Positions 13,133 to 27,395 of a DNA stretch of 64,000 bases are shown piece after piece; the stretch's first letter is position 1, and each line of letters starts with the position of its first letter. The DNA is from Fimicolochytrium jonesii (taxonomy: Eukaryota): assembly GCF_025526975.1 (NCBI RefSeq), contig NW_026515671.1, positions 1,550,001 to 1,614,000 of the forward strand. Reading direction: 5' to 3'. The notes beneath the pieces were generated by a model. It did not search any database, was not told the DNA's origin, and was given only the letters and a program-made list of their open reading frames with translations. The position numbers and the translations under genes were made by a program.

Positions 13133-16012
13133 ATGTCGAGCGGTGAAGAGCTCTTCAACGCCGAGGAAGCGGAGCGCCTGCGGGCGATCATAAGCAATCT
13201 GCCGACGCTCGGGCCGGTGAGCTTTTATTTCTGGCGGAAAAGATGAGGGCACTGTCTGAATGTTCCCAACAGAACATAACCGATCCAGCTCGTCACGAAA
13301 AGCTTCTGAGTTTCCTCACTTCCAATGCCGAGAAGGGAGTCGCTCATACCGACTGGATCGTCCATGAGCTAGGGGCTTTAGAAGCCATTGAGGTGCGAGA
13401 GGAGGAGTTATCGCGTTCTGAGACATAGGGTTCCAAATGGCTGAAAGACTTCCCGGAATTCAGGCGAGTCTGCAGCACGCTGACTATAGGGTCCCAGCTC
13501 TGTCCGTGCGTTTCCTCGGTAAGGAGGTCGGATTTGCAAGACGCATTTTCATGGTGCTTAGCGAAGTGTAACCGAGCAACATGGTCGTCTGTAGGCCACC
13601 TCGTCCGAGCGAACCCTACTGTATTCGATCTGCTTTATGCTTCCAACCAGCCCACTCTTCAGTATATATTATCCCAGCTCACTGCTGTGGAGCGTGAGGT
13701 ACCACTGTCAATCCTATCCGCATGCCTGGAGTCCCTGTCGTTGCTTTTAGCTGCCGAGTCGGCTGCACGATGGTATGAACATATATAGGCACGCCACGCT
13801 CTTTAAGACTCTAACGCGTGTTATATCAGGTTGATGGAAACAGGCAAACTACCCGACATCATTATACGGTCTCTCGAATGTGATTGCATTCATGTGAGTC
13901 TCGCCGCATCAGCAGTTCCAATATGCATGGTCAAACCAACGTACTTCCATAGGTTACGACCGCAGCTTCGAAGCTACTCATGATAGTAATCAATCATTCG
14001 GACGTGGAAGGGGATAGACGGGAAACATATCAAGGGCTTGCCGCATCTGTAGTTGACGGCTGCCGATTGTATGATGTGATCCACTCGTGGCTCCAACCCT
14101 CACATCCTCGCCAACATGCGGCGTTGGAGCTGATCTGGAGCCTGAGCGATGCCAAATCAGATGCTGCTTATAAGTTTCTGAAGGACGCTGAACTGGTATG
14201 ACCGCGGCCGAACAGCATATGGATGTTGTGGGGATGCCAACTGGCAACTCTTTCGCGGGTTTAGGTTCCGGCGTGCATGGATTTGCTTCTGATCGATACC
14301 GACCGAATTGCGAGGAGTCGAATTTTGGACTCGATGAAGCTACTCTTTGGCTGGGTCCCACATCCCGCACTCCTTGCATGCGGCCAGCACAGCATGAGTG
14401 AGCTGGCCACAACGGCAGCTTCCGGTTAGACGTCTGAACTCATTTCCGTTCTGCGGAGTTCCATTGCTAACTGCCTTTCGCAGCGGCCGAGTTCATTTTC
14501 ACACATTGGTTTGCGCAAGCTGTCAATGGCCCCGCGACAAGTTTCCAGTTCACCGCGAGCTTCGATATCTTGGACATCTTAGCCGGCTTGGCGCACCGAT
14601 CGCAGCAAGCATGGCTGGTCGGATGGGTCGACAACACCATATGGCGTTCATTTTGGATCCTACACGGCGTTGACGCACCGAAGCTCGGGAAGGCGGCTGT
14701 ATCGTCGGATCTTGAGCAGGAATCTGGCAAGCTCTTCGCTCTGATTCACACACTGGTTGAGAAAAGCGGGAGTGAATGTTACAAAGCCAACCAGCACGCC
14801 CTGCTCCATCGCCTGTCGAGCTCGGTCCAGCATGTCTCGCATTTCTCAGTGCTTCTGGCCTACGAGATCGTCGCGGCCTGTTTAGCCGATCCATTGTACT
14901 GGGAAGATCAGAAGCTTATGAAGAGCGTTATTGGAACTCTGGCACGGGCTAGCGCACACGATACGGGCTTGGAGAACTGTTGGGAGGCGTTGCAAAACCT
15001 TAAGAAGTTCTTGATGGGGAGCGTTACTCGTACGCAAACCGTGGAAGAGAGCCTGAAAGTGATTCAATCGATCACTTTGAAACCCAATGGCAGCCGGATA
15101 CTGGACCATCAGCTCAAAGAGGTCCTTAAAACGCTACTAAACGACCGCAGATGGGACGTCCGTGACACAGCCCTGCATTTCATCGCCAACCTGTTCGATT
15201 CGCATGAAAATTCCCTCGTCAGCCCCCGGACGGACTTCGCAGTCAAGCAGGCTTTACCCGATCTAGTCATTGCCAATCTGAAGGATGATCAACCCTTCGT
15301 CCGGAGCGCATGTTTAGTGGCTCTCGAGAAGACAGTCGTCAATCCACGGGGATACGTCTACCTGCATACACGCGGACTCGACAAGGATCTCGCCCAAGAC
15401 CTTGTTCGCGTCGTCACGACCGACACCGAAGCCTTCGTTCGGCGGTCGGCGATGGACGTGCTTATAAGTTTGGCCAGGCAACGTAGATCAACGGGACATG
15501 ATATGGATCTTGAAACGCTCCTTCCCCCGGTTCTCCTGACACGGGCGATGAGCGACCCCGATTCTGAAGTCCGCGTTCGAGGCCTACAGTCCCTTTCCCT
15601 TCTTTTTAACAACACCTGCAATACCGTTGAGCAAATCTCCACCCTTGGAGATCCCGAAACGTCCTCACCAACCGTGTTCTGGACCGCAAACGCCCCATCC
15701 CTCATCCTCAACTCAACAACCGACGAATCCCGCCTCGTCCGCGAAGAAGCCCACCGCATCATCTCCACCAACCTCCTCCCATCCCTCGCTCCCTACCTTC
15801 CTACGCAAAACGGTAAACGGCAACGGGAAACCACGGACAATCGGCTGGAGATGTTTGCTCGACAGCTGGTGGAGGTGGATATGGAGAGGTTGAGGGTCGG
15901 CTGTGTGCCGGAGCATTTGTATCAGGAGGTGCTAGATGTGGATGAGTCGGTACTTGTGGAGTGGGAGGATGATGGAGTTGGGAATAACGTTTTGGCGTGC
16001 TATGATTGTTGA
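13133..16012 (+). CDS. ARM/HEAT-repeat protein, probably BRAT1-like, multi-exon
   Basis: HEAT-like motifs (DRRWDVRDTAL, DDQPFVRSA, DTEAFVRRSA, DPDSEVRVRG) and an acidic C-terminus ending LACYDC, similar to the BRAT1 DCY tail. Confidence 0.6.
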
Positions 16013-16558
16013 TTTGGCGGATCGTGCCGAACATCGGAAAAAAGTTTCTGGCCACCGATTTTTTGGATATCGCGATGTCAGGATAGAATCTGAGGCAGTA
16101 GGCAGATTCTGAACAAAGCAGTGTTCCTTAGCATAAGAAGCACGAATAAATATAGTTGATAGAGCCTACAGCTATATTTCGCTGGAAGTAGTATTTACAT
16201 CACCGTCTACTGAGTACGCCAGGCCTATGCGACTACGTGATAAGAGATGGGGGATTTGTATCACAAAACCGGGGTAAAAATTCTATGAGGAATGGAGGTC
16301 GCGCCTGCTGGGAATATGTTGGGATACTAGCGCTAGCCAGTCTGCTCCGGTGTAAAATATATATGAAGTGGGCGGTTGTCAGCCCATGAGGGTGGGCAAG
16401 CTTCACTCGTCTCCCTTGGGCACTTGATGCGACTGTGACGCAAATATAGTTAAGGTGGTGAGGACAAATATGGACCCTCAGTCCGGCTGGTCAATACGCC
16501 GCGATGCCAGCGTAACGCGACTCGGTGTCATAAAGGCTTGCATCGTCCGACGGGCGCT

Positions 16559-19500
16559 CTACTGCAGAAGAACAGCCAAACTTTGTGCGTGCGCCGGGTC
16601 CATACCAGCAACCATAGTCTGGAAGCTTTCGAGGTGATGCGTCTTGAGCGTTGTCAACAGTTCCAGGATTTCGGCACGGGTGTTGTCTTTAAGTTGTCCT
16701 TCCGGTGGGCTGAGGGCTTGGGCAAATATGTTAAGGAGCTTGGGCATGTTCTGAAGGAGCTGTTACAGGATGGGTGAGATATCATCACACCAGTAAACGA
16801 AGGATTGCGCTGGGGAAGGGCTTTACCAATGGGTTGTTGGTCCTGACAAGGTGCAAAATGCACCTGTACACAGGCTCATTCTCCTCGTAGTCCTTCTTCA
16901 GTGGCAAGTTGTCGAGAACAACAGGAAGGACTTGGTCCAATGGGATGAGAGACGGGTTCTTCATGATCATACGGCAAACGGCGCCTGACGCGTTGTCGGC
17001 CAAGTTGCCAGCGATTTTGCCGTGCGTGTCGAACATTGGTCGAAGGGATTGCAGGATCTGCATGTAGTAGCTGAAGCGGGGAGACGGAATGTGAGCCATG
17101 CAGCCATCGACAACAGGACGGTCATCTAGAACCCGTCCTCACCTGCTCAGATCCATGTCACTGTTCTCCACGAGGACGCCAATGGCGTACGCCGCGTTGC
17201 TCTTCACTTCGTCTTCCTCATCTCCGAGGGCCTTCATGACCAGCTGCAAAATATCCATAGTAAACGGCGTGACTCCCTTCTTCAGGCCAAACGCACACTC
17301 CGCAATGACTCCAGTCGCAAGGCTGCGGTCCGATGTTGGGCGGGTCTTCTTGTAGTACTTGGTGATTAATGGGAGGTAGTTTTGGAAGAATGGGGCAAAG
17401 TCCGGTCCGAGGGATTTGGCGAGAGTACCGACAAGATCTGCGGCATTGTTGATAAGGATGGCATCGTACTCGGCTTGTTCGTCATCGTCATCAGGAACAG
17501 CGCCACGGCGGAGGGGAGTTCCTGGCGCCTCCGCAGTTTCGATATCCTGAGCCTCCATATCGAACTGGCATTTATGTTCCTTTTGCAGAACCAACAACAC
17601 GTTCTCCGCCAGAGATTGCAGACGGTCAGCAAGGACCGCGGGTCCCATCTGCTGCAGCGCATCCGTCAGCTCGCTGAAAGTCTGGGCAACAACGCTGCGA
17701 TCTTCTTCGTTGTCCAGCAACACGATCATAGCGTCCATCGACAGCTTCACCAATCCTGCGACGACAGGGTCGATGGGGATCTGCAGTGGCAGACCAGGCA
17801 CCCATTTTGGGGGGTTGGTCATTTTGTGCATTGTCAGCATAAATGCGAACAGAGCGTCCACAGCCGACTTCCGCACGTCCTCGTGGTGGTGTGCCAGGAG
17901 CTTGATCGAAACTTCGACGCTGGTCTCAACGTACGGCATGAAGGCGGAGCGGGTTGCAGCGCAGATGTGACCAAGCGCGTCCACGGCGCATTCCTTCTCT
18001 TCAGCAATGGCGGAGCTGACGCTGAACGCCGCACGAAGATCCTCTTCCGCCTCATCAGCTTCCAAAGAGATGTCCTCATCCTCCTCATCCTCCCATTCAG
18101 TAGGCAGCTTCTCCTCCTCGTTACAGGATTTCAGTAGCTGTGGGATGATGACAGGAAGGAATGGCGCAAACTCTTCCTCATACACTCGGGCAACGACAGC
18201 GAAGAAGACGTAGCTGCATTCGCGTAACCGGGAGTCATTCAATTCAAGTCCTTGGAGGACGATGGTCATGATCTCGTTCAAATGAGGTCTGAATGCTTCC
18301 TTGCCGACGGCTTCCGCAACGGCGCTGACAGTGTCGGTAGCCAGGCCCTTCAGGTCAAACACCTCCTTCTGCTGCAAGCTTATGCAATATTTGAGGCGAG
18401 GCATGACCTCCTGGAAATACGTGAGGAAGCTGTCACCGGCGGAGTGGGCTGCAGATCCAATGCTGGCAATCGCGACTCCTTTGACAGTTTGCGCCGCGTT
18501 ATCGACCAAAAAGATCAACTTCTCCATCAGAGTCGGCAGGTACGGCATAATCTCGTCGCCCAGGCCCTCCAAGATGGCGTCCAGGGCATTGCAGGATGAC
18601 CGTTGAATCTTTTCATTAGGGTCATTGAGAAGATTGAGGATCAACGGCATCAATGTCGCATGGTGTTCCGCAATCTCTTCTGCTAGCTCTTCGGCGAGGG
18701 AGCTTAGCGCCAAGCATGCCGCCTTTCGAACGATACCCTCTGGGTCTTGCAGACCTGTGAACAAGAGCGGCAGCAAGTCATTGATCTGACTGCGCATGTG
18801 TTCAGCGCAGCCATCCACGAGCGAGCCGAAAGTCAACATGGCCGCCTTCCTAGCGTTGGGATCGGGGTTCTGCATGTACTGCACGACGTGGCGCATGCAG
18901 TCAGGGAAGATTTGCTGAGGAGGCAAGTTGGTGGACAGGGAGTTGATGAGCTGGAGCGCTACTCGGCCGGGGTTGTCTTCCTCATCGTCATCCGCATCAT
19001 CCTCCTCGGAGATAATAGGAAACACGCTTGCGATCAGAGGTGTAACCAGCTTCGCCTTCGAGATCTTGTTCTTCTGATAAACAGCGGACCACATCAGGAA
19101 GGAGAGTGCAGCGACTCGAACCTTCGGTGCGTTGTCCTTATTCCCCCCAATTCCAACGAAGAATTCAACAAGCTGGGGCATATGTCGTGACACCAAAGGT
19201 GACTCGAGTAACAGTAAGCTGTCGAAGACCTCCATTCCGCGCACCGCGTCATCTTCGTCCCCATTTGCCACCAATTGCTGAACAACTGCCACCATTCCTG
19301 GCAACAGATCCCGGAATGCTTTGATCTCAGCATGACCATCGGGATCCACGTACTCTGCAAGCTTTCCAAGCGCCATCAAGGTGGTCAACCTGACCTGCAG
19401 ACTTTCCGGGTCCACCAACGTCTTCGAAAACAGTTCGAAAAATTGCGGGATACGGTCCAAAAACATGTCCGCAATCACTTCGAACAAGGCGTCAATGCAA

Positions 19501-20272
19501 TACACGCCGATCTCGCGATGCCCGGCGTCGGTGCTCTGACAGCATGTGTAAAGGAAGGACAGCAGGTCATTCCATCGCTCTTTCGGGATCTCAATATTGG
19601 CTATCTCCGACACTACGCGTGCCAATTGGTTGCGGACGGGCTTGCTAAGTGGATCAATGACGGCTTAGAAAGGAACCCTGAACGCGGCGAGCCCCGTTAA
19701 TCAGAAAGGCACTCACCTTGGTTCAGCCAACACCACCTGCAAGATGGTGTTTTTGATCTGCGTCCGCACATTGACATCAAGTGACTCCCACCAAGCGCCA
19801 TCCTGCTTCTTCACTTGCTTGCGGAGTTCGACAGCGGCCAGTTGGCGGACCTGCATGAGAAATGAGGTAAGTGACGGACCAAATGGGCCCTACCACCCCT
19901 TCTGATGTCCGTACCGGAGCATCCGTTTGGCGTGTGATAATCTCGAATAACGCCGGAATACACTGCACTTGCGTGAAGTACTTCGTAGACAAGGTCGAAG
20001 TAGCCTATGACATCGGCGGAGATTGAATGTTGCACAATTTGAGCATCTCCTATATGGGACATCCAGAATGTCAACATTAATCCTCACCGTTTGCAAGCGG
20101 GCGGTATCTCCGCCGGTGACCTGCTTCAGAAGCCCCTCGAGTTCCGTTGTAAAAGCCTGCAACGAAGCGCATTAGAACGTGATGTACAAAGCAACGGACG
20201 CACAATCCCAGGCATAAATAGGCGCAATGCAAGCCCTTGCCACCCGACATCCGAATTGAGACATACCTCCAT
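16559..20272 (-). CDS. KAP123: Importin-4 / karyopherin Kap123, multi-exon
   Basis: VRQLAAVELRK IBN_N motif, 828-aa HEAT-repeat exon, SAIAEEKECAVDALG, SNAAYAIG, DNASGAVCRMI, LPLKKDYEEN. Confidence 0.9.
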
Positions 20273-20542
20273 TGTTGCTTTCCCTTCTATGTTGAGACGT
20301 CGCCCGCAAATTGGTGAGGTAAACGGCCTAAATCATAAAGTGGAAAACGCAAGGCATCCGTTCTGGTCTGTCACGTGACGCTGCACGTGGGTGTCTCAAG
20401 ATGAAATTAAACTATATCCTGGACCGCGGGGGAAGCTTTTTCGAGGATAACCGGCGTGCTAATAACGAAGGTCATTTGCACTCGGGACCATCAAGCACAA
20501 AGCCGACAGTCTTCCTGATTTACGAGGAGAGGATACACAGCC

Positions 20543-21475
20543 ATGGTAAGTGGGGGCTCGTGTCTCTTTCCGTCGTGTCTCGGTTGGATCCAATGTGGGA
20601 GAATCTGGGTTTACGTCAAGCTAATCGAATCTTGATCTCGGAACCTATACAGTCGATGTCACGGAATTCTAAGATCCTGGCGCTGCTCAACTATCGGTTG
20701 CGGATAACGCTTCTGGATAGTCGCACACTAATCGGACAAATGCTCGCCTTCGACAAACATATGAACATGGTTCTGGCCGACTGCGAAGAGCTCCGCAAAA
20801 TCAAACCAAAGGGCAAAGATCAGGCGGAGCGCGAAGAGAAACGAACCTTGGGACTCGTCATTCTACGTGGAGAGATGATCGTTTCCATGAGTGTGGAAGC
20901 TCCACCTCCGGTATCTGACGAGCAGAAGGCGAGATCGGCTGCCGCCATGTCCGGACCTGGAATTGCCAGACCTGCTGGTCGAGGTCTCCCTATGGCCCCT
21001 GCTGGTATGGCCCCGGCAGGCTTGGGCGGACCGGTCCGTGGAGTTGGTGGACCTGCGCCTGGAATGATGGCCCCACAGGGAAGGGGAATTACCGCTCCTC
21101 CTGTTCAGTATGGTCGACCAATGATGCCCCCGCCTCCAATGGGTCGTGGTGGACCTCCTCCTATGGGTGGACCTCCAATGGGCGGGCCTCCTGCATTCGG
21201 ACGAGGAATGCCCCCGCCGCCTCAAGGATTCAGGCCCGGAATGCCTCCAGGACCTCCCCCAGCTGGGTTTAGACCCCCTATGCCTGGTATGCCTGGTGCC
21301 CCTCCTATGGGCATGCCTCCCATGGGAATGCCCCCACGACCAGGGTGAGTATCTATTCATGAGACAATGCTCTAGCCCTACGTTTGCAGCATGTACTGAC
21401 TGCTATTTCAGATTCCCACCAGGACCTCCTCCAGGCTTCCGCCCCCCTCCCGGCATGCCTCCCCGTCCGCAATAG
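20543..21475 (+). CDS. SMB1: Small nuclear ribonucleoprotein SmB
   Basis: [49 protein letters not shown]; Pro/Gly/Met-rich tail. Confidence 0.95.
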
Positions 21476-22243
21476 AGACGACAACTTTATCGTCCCGAGT
21501 GTCTTCGCCGCCGTTACCGTCGCCATATAGTTATTGCCGAAAACCATTCACCCTGTATCCTATGCTCGTAGAGATGGCTTCGCCGAGTCGCCAGCCCGTC
21601 GCTTTAGGAAGGAAGACTAGGTGGAAAAACGGAAACCCTTCCTTTATGCTGGTTAGCAGCCTTTGTATATACCTGAGCGAAAATCGATTGGAATTTATCT
21701 TCGCAGCCACTTTTATCTGTCTCGAGCTGCAGGTAGCAGCTGACACAGGTAGCAGCTGACACCAATTCGTTATAGGGCGCGGGGTGAGTGCCAACTGGAA
21801 TTCCGGAGTGCTTGTCGGTATACGATTACGACCGGTTTCACAGGTTTATCAGACCGGCGTTTCGTTGGCAAAGTCTTCTGCAGCGCTACTGGAAGGCAGA
21901 CCGAATTTTTGTCTGCCAACGTCTCCAAGCCTGCACTTTTGCTATGCTGCGCCGTCCGCGCGTGACGTGGGAATCTCCCAGCTCTGCACGCTCGCCCCTC
22001 CGAGACATCTTGAAACCACCCCATAAAAGTGCCTCATTCGGTGACATCCTTGCAAGTTCGATCAGCCCACTCCCACCGCCTTTTGTAAGATTTTCTGCTG
22101 GCGTTCAAGCGTTCGCCCTGACTGCCGTCAGAAAGTATTTTCTATATTGTTTCATAACAGTGCAAAAGCATTCTTCGTGGGAAAAAGCTCGAAATCTCTC
22201 CACCACATACTTAGCTGCTCAGGGTTGAGCGGCTGCTGCAAAG

Positions 22244-24515
22244 GTGGCCAAAAGCCGGAATCGGCGCAAAGCGTCGCACTCGCCCGCCGAAACCCAAGAG
22301 CCTCACGAGGCCATCCGTATCGGCTCCCCAACCCCACAAGAGTCCGAGATAGAACAGCTGCTGAAAGTGCAAACATCGCCCGAGCTCGCCGCAGGCCTCC
22401 GGGAACAGGCGAAGTTGGAAGGAAAACCGGCCCAGGATTTCCCATCCCGGTCGACGTCAATAGCAGCCGGCGGAGCTGAGCCATGTGAAGAGAAACCGAC
22501 CGTCGCCACGGCACCTGACGATAAGTCATCTTTGTTGTCGAGTCCGACGATTAGCCAGCCTGAGCTTTTGGAGTCACCCACATTCGAATCAAGCAAATCA
22601 GTTTTGTTGGCGTCTAGGCCACCTCGAGCAATGTTGGCTGCGGTTACGGTTCCGGGCTCGCCTTCCCAGCAAGCTCAAACATTGCCCTCTCCTCCACCTG
22701 CGCGTCTTCAGTTTCCTGTGGTTCCCGGACGTTCCGTTGGTCCACTCGTGCTTGGATCACCAATTGGGGATGTCATCGATGTCATTACGGATATGAACTT
22801 GCAGCATGTGGAATGCAAGTATGGGGATTTGGTAGGTCTCTCGGATATCTACATTTTCAGATATGCAGGATAATGACACGGAAGGATTGCAGGAACCATT
22901 CGCGGCAGATATAGTAATCAACCTATCCGAAAATGGCATATGTCTGAGATTTGATCCTGTCACGCAGGTATGGCAAGCCTAGCTGATGTCCAAAACTACA
23001 TTTGGCGCCTGCTCACGCCCTAGTCACGTCAGTTACTTCGATTGATCGAGCTCTATGACTTCTCCAAATACGTGCTTGCATATAGTGATGTGGAGTTCAA
23101 GTATGTAAACGTGTTCTATGTGGCGGTGGTTGCTCACTGTGGTGGTTGTCGCTAACCATTCAGGTATAATCGCTCAGCTCCCTTCACAACCTCCCGACTT
23201 TCGTCACGATCTATAAACTCTTCGGCCCCATCTATCCGGTACAGACAGCGGTTGCGGGATAAGTGACGACCTCAATCTACTCAAACAATTTCCAATTCTG
23301 TGATGGCAGGGCCAATTTGATCCGAGGCTGGAGCAGTACACCCTCACGTACCCAGTAAGCCGAACTATGATGCATCAGTCACAGAGCTCCCACTTATTCT
23401 CATCGCTCTAGGGGATATCTTTCCTGTTTCCAGTACCAGCAAAGTATATCTCACAGGATTCCATACCTGGTAAGCGCAATGTATGATCTGAGTTCGCCCC
23501 GTCCGGTTCTCATGCGAGTTTTCGCGTCGGCAGATCTCCCACTATCGTTTCCTGATGGGACCACACCCGTCTTGAATCGGTTCTACGTATTCACCGGAGC
23601 TGATAAATGGAGGGACGCCGTGGCCCCGCTGCCGAAATCGGACGTTGGGGAGGTCATTGCTGAGGTATGCCCATAAGATAAACGGTCATGACGACCCGAA
23701 TATAAGTTAGGGTATCTAATATTCTCATCCCAGATCGGTAATGGCATACACATGCCGAATCGCCGTCGCGGGGAACGGTTATCGATAGGTTTCGGGATGC
23801 CGGCACAAGATGTGCTTGATGTTTTGGGGAAGGCCGAAGGGATGCGGGTGAAGAATGATGAACAGATCAAGATCTTTGGGGCGGATGAAGCTGCGGAGGA
23901 AGAGGAGAGGGGTGATTACTTTTGGTCGTGTGAGTTGCGAGGAGTTCACATGATGAACGTTTGTTTCTCATTCTTCGAGAGCTTGCTAAGGATGTTCTCT
24001 CTTTCTCCTTTGGCAGACTTTTCCGTTGGCGTCGACATTCTGTTTTCAGCTGCAACACATTGCGTCAAGAAGATCGTTCTGCACACCAACCCAGTTGGGT
24101 CGTGGGACTTTACACAGTACAGAAAGTGCCGGTTTCAGATCAAGCCGACCGAAGGTCGAACGCAACCTATCACTTCCGAATCGATGGTATGTCAGAGTGA
24201 GAGTCGTTGCAACCAGGGTCGTCGACGGAATCATCTCTCATTCGCTCATATGACACCCCTCAATCCAAAAAGTGGCCAGATATCCAGCGCGCACTTCATC
24301 CAACTCCCGCACCACGACCTGTTGTGCATAACAAGGGAGGACATCAAAATCCGTTCGGGGCGACGTGCTTTTACGGGTATTATGGTGTGGTGTTTGAGGT
24401 ACGATCCACCTTTCTCGAAACGATGGGGTCCGTGGACTTTGCTCAAACGTTTTCTGTCGATCAGGTTGTGAACAAGACAGGGCAGTTGGCATCGTTGACC
24501 CTGTTTGAAATATGA
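22244..24515 (+). CDS. UPF0183 / PHAF1 (C16orf70)-family protein, multi-exon; start uncertain
   Basis: VVPGRSVGPLVLG, QDVLDVLG, GVDILF...HCVKKIVLHTN..G..DF..Y.KCRF, NPFGATCFYGYYGVVFEV. Confidence 0.8.
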
Positions 24516-25127
24516 GACTGCAGAGTGCGGTTTTTGGCGCCGGGGAGAGAGCAGATGCATATGAGACCTGTATGGCGTAATCAAAGTGAAACGGAGTAGT
24601 TTGTTTCTGCGAGAATTGGAAGTTCACGGTAATCTTTCAGATGTCTTTCTATATGCTACATAGAACGAAAGTCAGGGGATGAGACCTTTGACAGATGACA
24701 AAAAAAGGACGAGCTCCGAACATCTATCCGTCGTGACTGATGAAGTCCATGATTGACCGCGAGGAATGCTTAGCGATTTGGCACAACTCTAATGTGCAGC
24801 GACGCGGGAGTTTCCGTGCGCCTAATCTCTCCGCGTAATCTACACTCCCACTCGCCGGGAGGCTTCCGCTCGATTTTGACCCAATTTTGACCGTCGGTTT
24901 GCGCAAAGCCTTCCACGGCTTCCACAACGCCCACGTTGCAGCCACATAGGATTCACTCCCACCCAGCTCACACACATAGAAGAAAGACAACCATACACCC
25001 ATAAAGAGGAAGAAGAGAGTGAGCTGGTCCTCCTCTCCTCAGCCCCGCCCAAAACCCTCGCTCATTCCGTTGGACCACGGCCGAAAACTCGACACCGCAA
25101 CACACTTGGAACACCTCCCCCCAAAAC

Positions 25128-27395
25128 ATGTCTGCAATGTCGTCGAACGCACCGCCCACAGGCACCGGATCGCCCACCGCTGAGCTGGGTCAGCGCACTG
25201 CTACCGTCCACAGAGCCCCGCTGAACGACCGTCCGGGCGTCCGTCCTATGTCGGCTACTGTTGGATCACTTCAGAAGGGCAACGCCCAACGACCTAGCTC
25301 GGAGATTTTGTCGGCTCATTACAAGTCGCCTGAGGCGGAAGGTATGTGGAATTTCATTCGGTGGAGAATCTTGTTCGCTTGAAATGGTGGATCTCAAGGG
25401 AAGGTCGTTTCGGGATCTTCATACTAACGATTTCCATATATTAGCCATCGATCGCTGGTTTGAGGATTTGAGCTACTATGAACAGACTTTGGAGCAAATG
25501 GCGCGGGCGAAGGTAAGAATATTTTGGAGGATACACACGGTTTCCGGCTTCTCAGAAGGATCGATAGGCGAAGGCGGGTTGGCCTACATCCGAGAGTTGC
25601 ACACAGAGTCTGGGGTCGAGGCGATTTCCATTTGATTCCAGCACAGATCGTCTGATTATCCGCCTCCTTTCCCCCCTCCCCCCCCCCCCGTCACGGTCTG
25701 TCTTTAGATGGATGATAACTTCTGCGAGGAGCTGAAGCACATCGAGCAGTGGTTCAACGTGCTCTCGGATCCAGAACGCACGACGGCGTTGTACAGTTTG
25801 TTGCAGAACACCACCGAAGTGCAAATCCGATTCTTCATTACGGTTTTGCAGCAGATGGCTCAAAAGGACCCGGCCACAGGAGCAGTGCCTACGCCTGCTC
25901 AAGTTTCTCAGCCGATCATTGATGGGGTCCGCTTGGCTCAGAACAGAGGTAAATGGCAAGTTAGTCTTATTAAGAGACGAGTTTAGCTAAATGTTTCACT
26001 TGTTAGTAGTATCGATGCCGCCGAGGCTTCCTTCCCCATCTCCACCTGTGCACAGGACGAGTAACCCATTGGACTCGGAGCCTGCTGCTGAAGAGGATGA
26101 CATGTACCTTGCCGTTGGAGGTCCCCGAAGCACGAGAAGGCTTTTCGACAGGCACAGTGCACCAAACGCGGAGGATCAGTACGCGCAGTTATTGAATGAG
26201 ATCAACTCGATGAAGCTGCAACACCAGCAACAGCAACATCAGCAACATCAACAACAACAGCAGCAGCAGCAGCAGTTGGAGCAGCATCAGCAATATAGAA
26301 CTAGACCAGCTGCTGGGCACGCACGCAATCGCTCGCTGGCTGATGCGGTGCCGGAGTACATTCCGCAGGACGATTTCTCCTCCTATAAGAGGGCATCCTA
26401 TCAGTCGTTGAGGGCTCCATCTCCAGCCCGAGCATCGCGCAACAGCGCCAACATGTCCCCATTGTTGCGGCCTACCACGCCCATTGGAGATGCCATTTCG
26501 TCCGCGGATTGGTCTCTATCGGTCAACTCGCCGTCCACCACCCCGATCATAGATCGCCCATCGAGTCGCCTTGGGAACGGAACATTCACTCCAGTGCTAA
26601 CGGGTCTCCCCGACCCGGAGATCCCGACGCTGAGCCACTTGTCACTCCAGGCCGCTCCGCTCTCCCGAGGGCCTTACGGCAGGGCCGTATCTCCTAACCC
26701 CCACCGACCGGTGTCGCCCATCATGCTCACACCGCCTACCCCGACCGGGCCCAACCCGCCCAGCCTCCCAGGGCCCGGTGGAGCGTACGGACATCCATCC
26801 CCCGGGTGGGGATACGTCAACGTTGGGCGACCGAGAACACCCAACAGCGCGGCATCGTACGCGCATAGCGACATCAGTGATGTCTCGTACAGCCGCAGCC
26901 GCGATGGGCATGGCGAGGACTACTTTGGCGATGGGCACTACCCTGGTGGACGGGCACGGAGCCCGTTTGGAGCGCACAAGGAGAAGGGGAAGATACCCGA
27001 AAGCGTTGATTTGGAGGCTTTGAAAGGTTCGTTTGGGTTTCCTTTTTCTTCCTCTGTCAGCATGTCTGGATCTTACTCACCCACTCACTCACAACGCCCA
27101 TCGGTTCGAACAACAGATATTCCAGGCTGGCTCCGCAGTCTTCGTCTCCACAAGTACACAACGACCTTCGAGACGATGAACTGGAAAGACATGATCAAGC
27201 TCTCCGAGGAGGACCTGATTGCCAAGGGTGTCGGCGCTCTTGGCGCCCGACGGAAGCTCTTGAAGGTGTTTGAGCTTGTTAGGGCTGATCTGGATAGCAA
27301 GGTATGCTCGTTTTCGTCCAAGTATGGATTCGGAAAAAGGCACGGTTGCTCATCAATGCTTTCTCTTCTCATTCTCGCAGGGCGTCGTGTACTAA
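25128..27395 (+). CDS. VTS1: Vts1/Smaug-like SAM-domain RNA-binding protein, multi-exon
   Basis: [57 protein letters not shown] domain [28 protein letters not shown]; poly-Q tract near 26220-26290. Confidence 0.93.
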
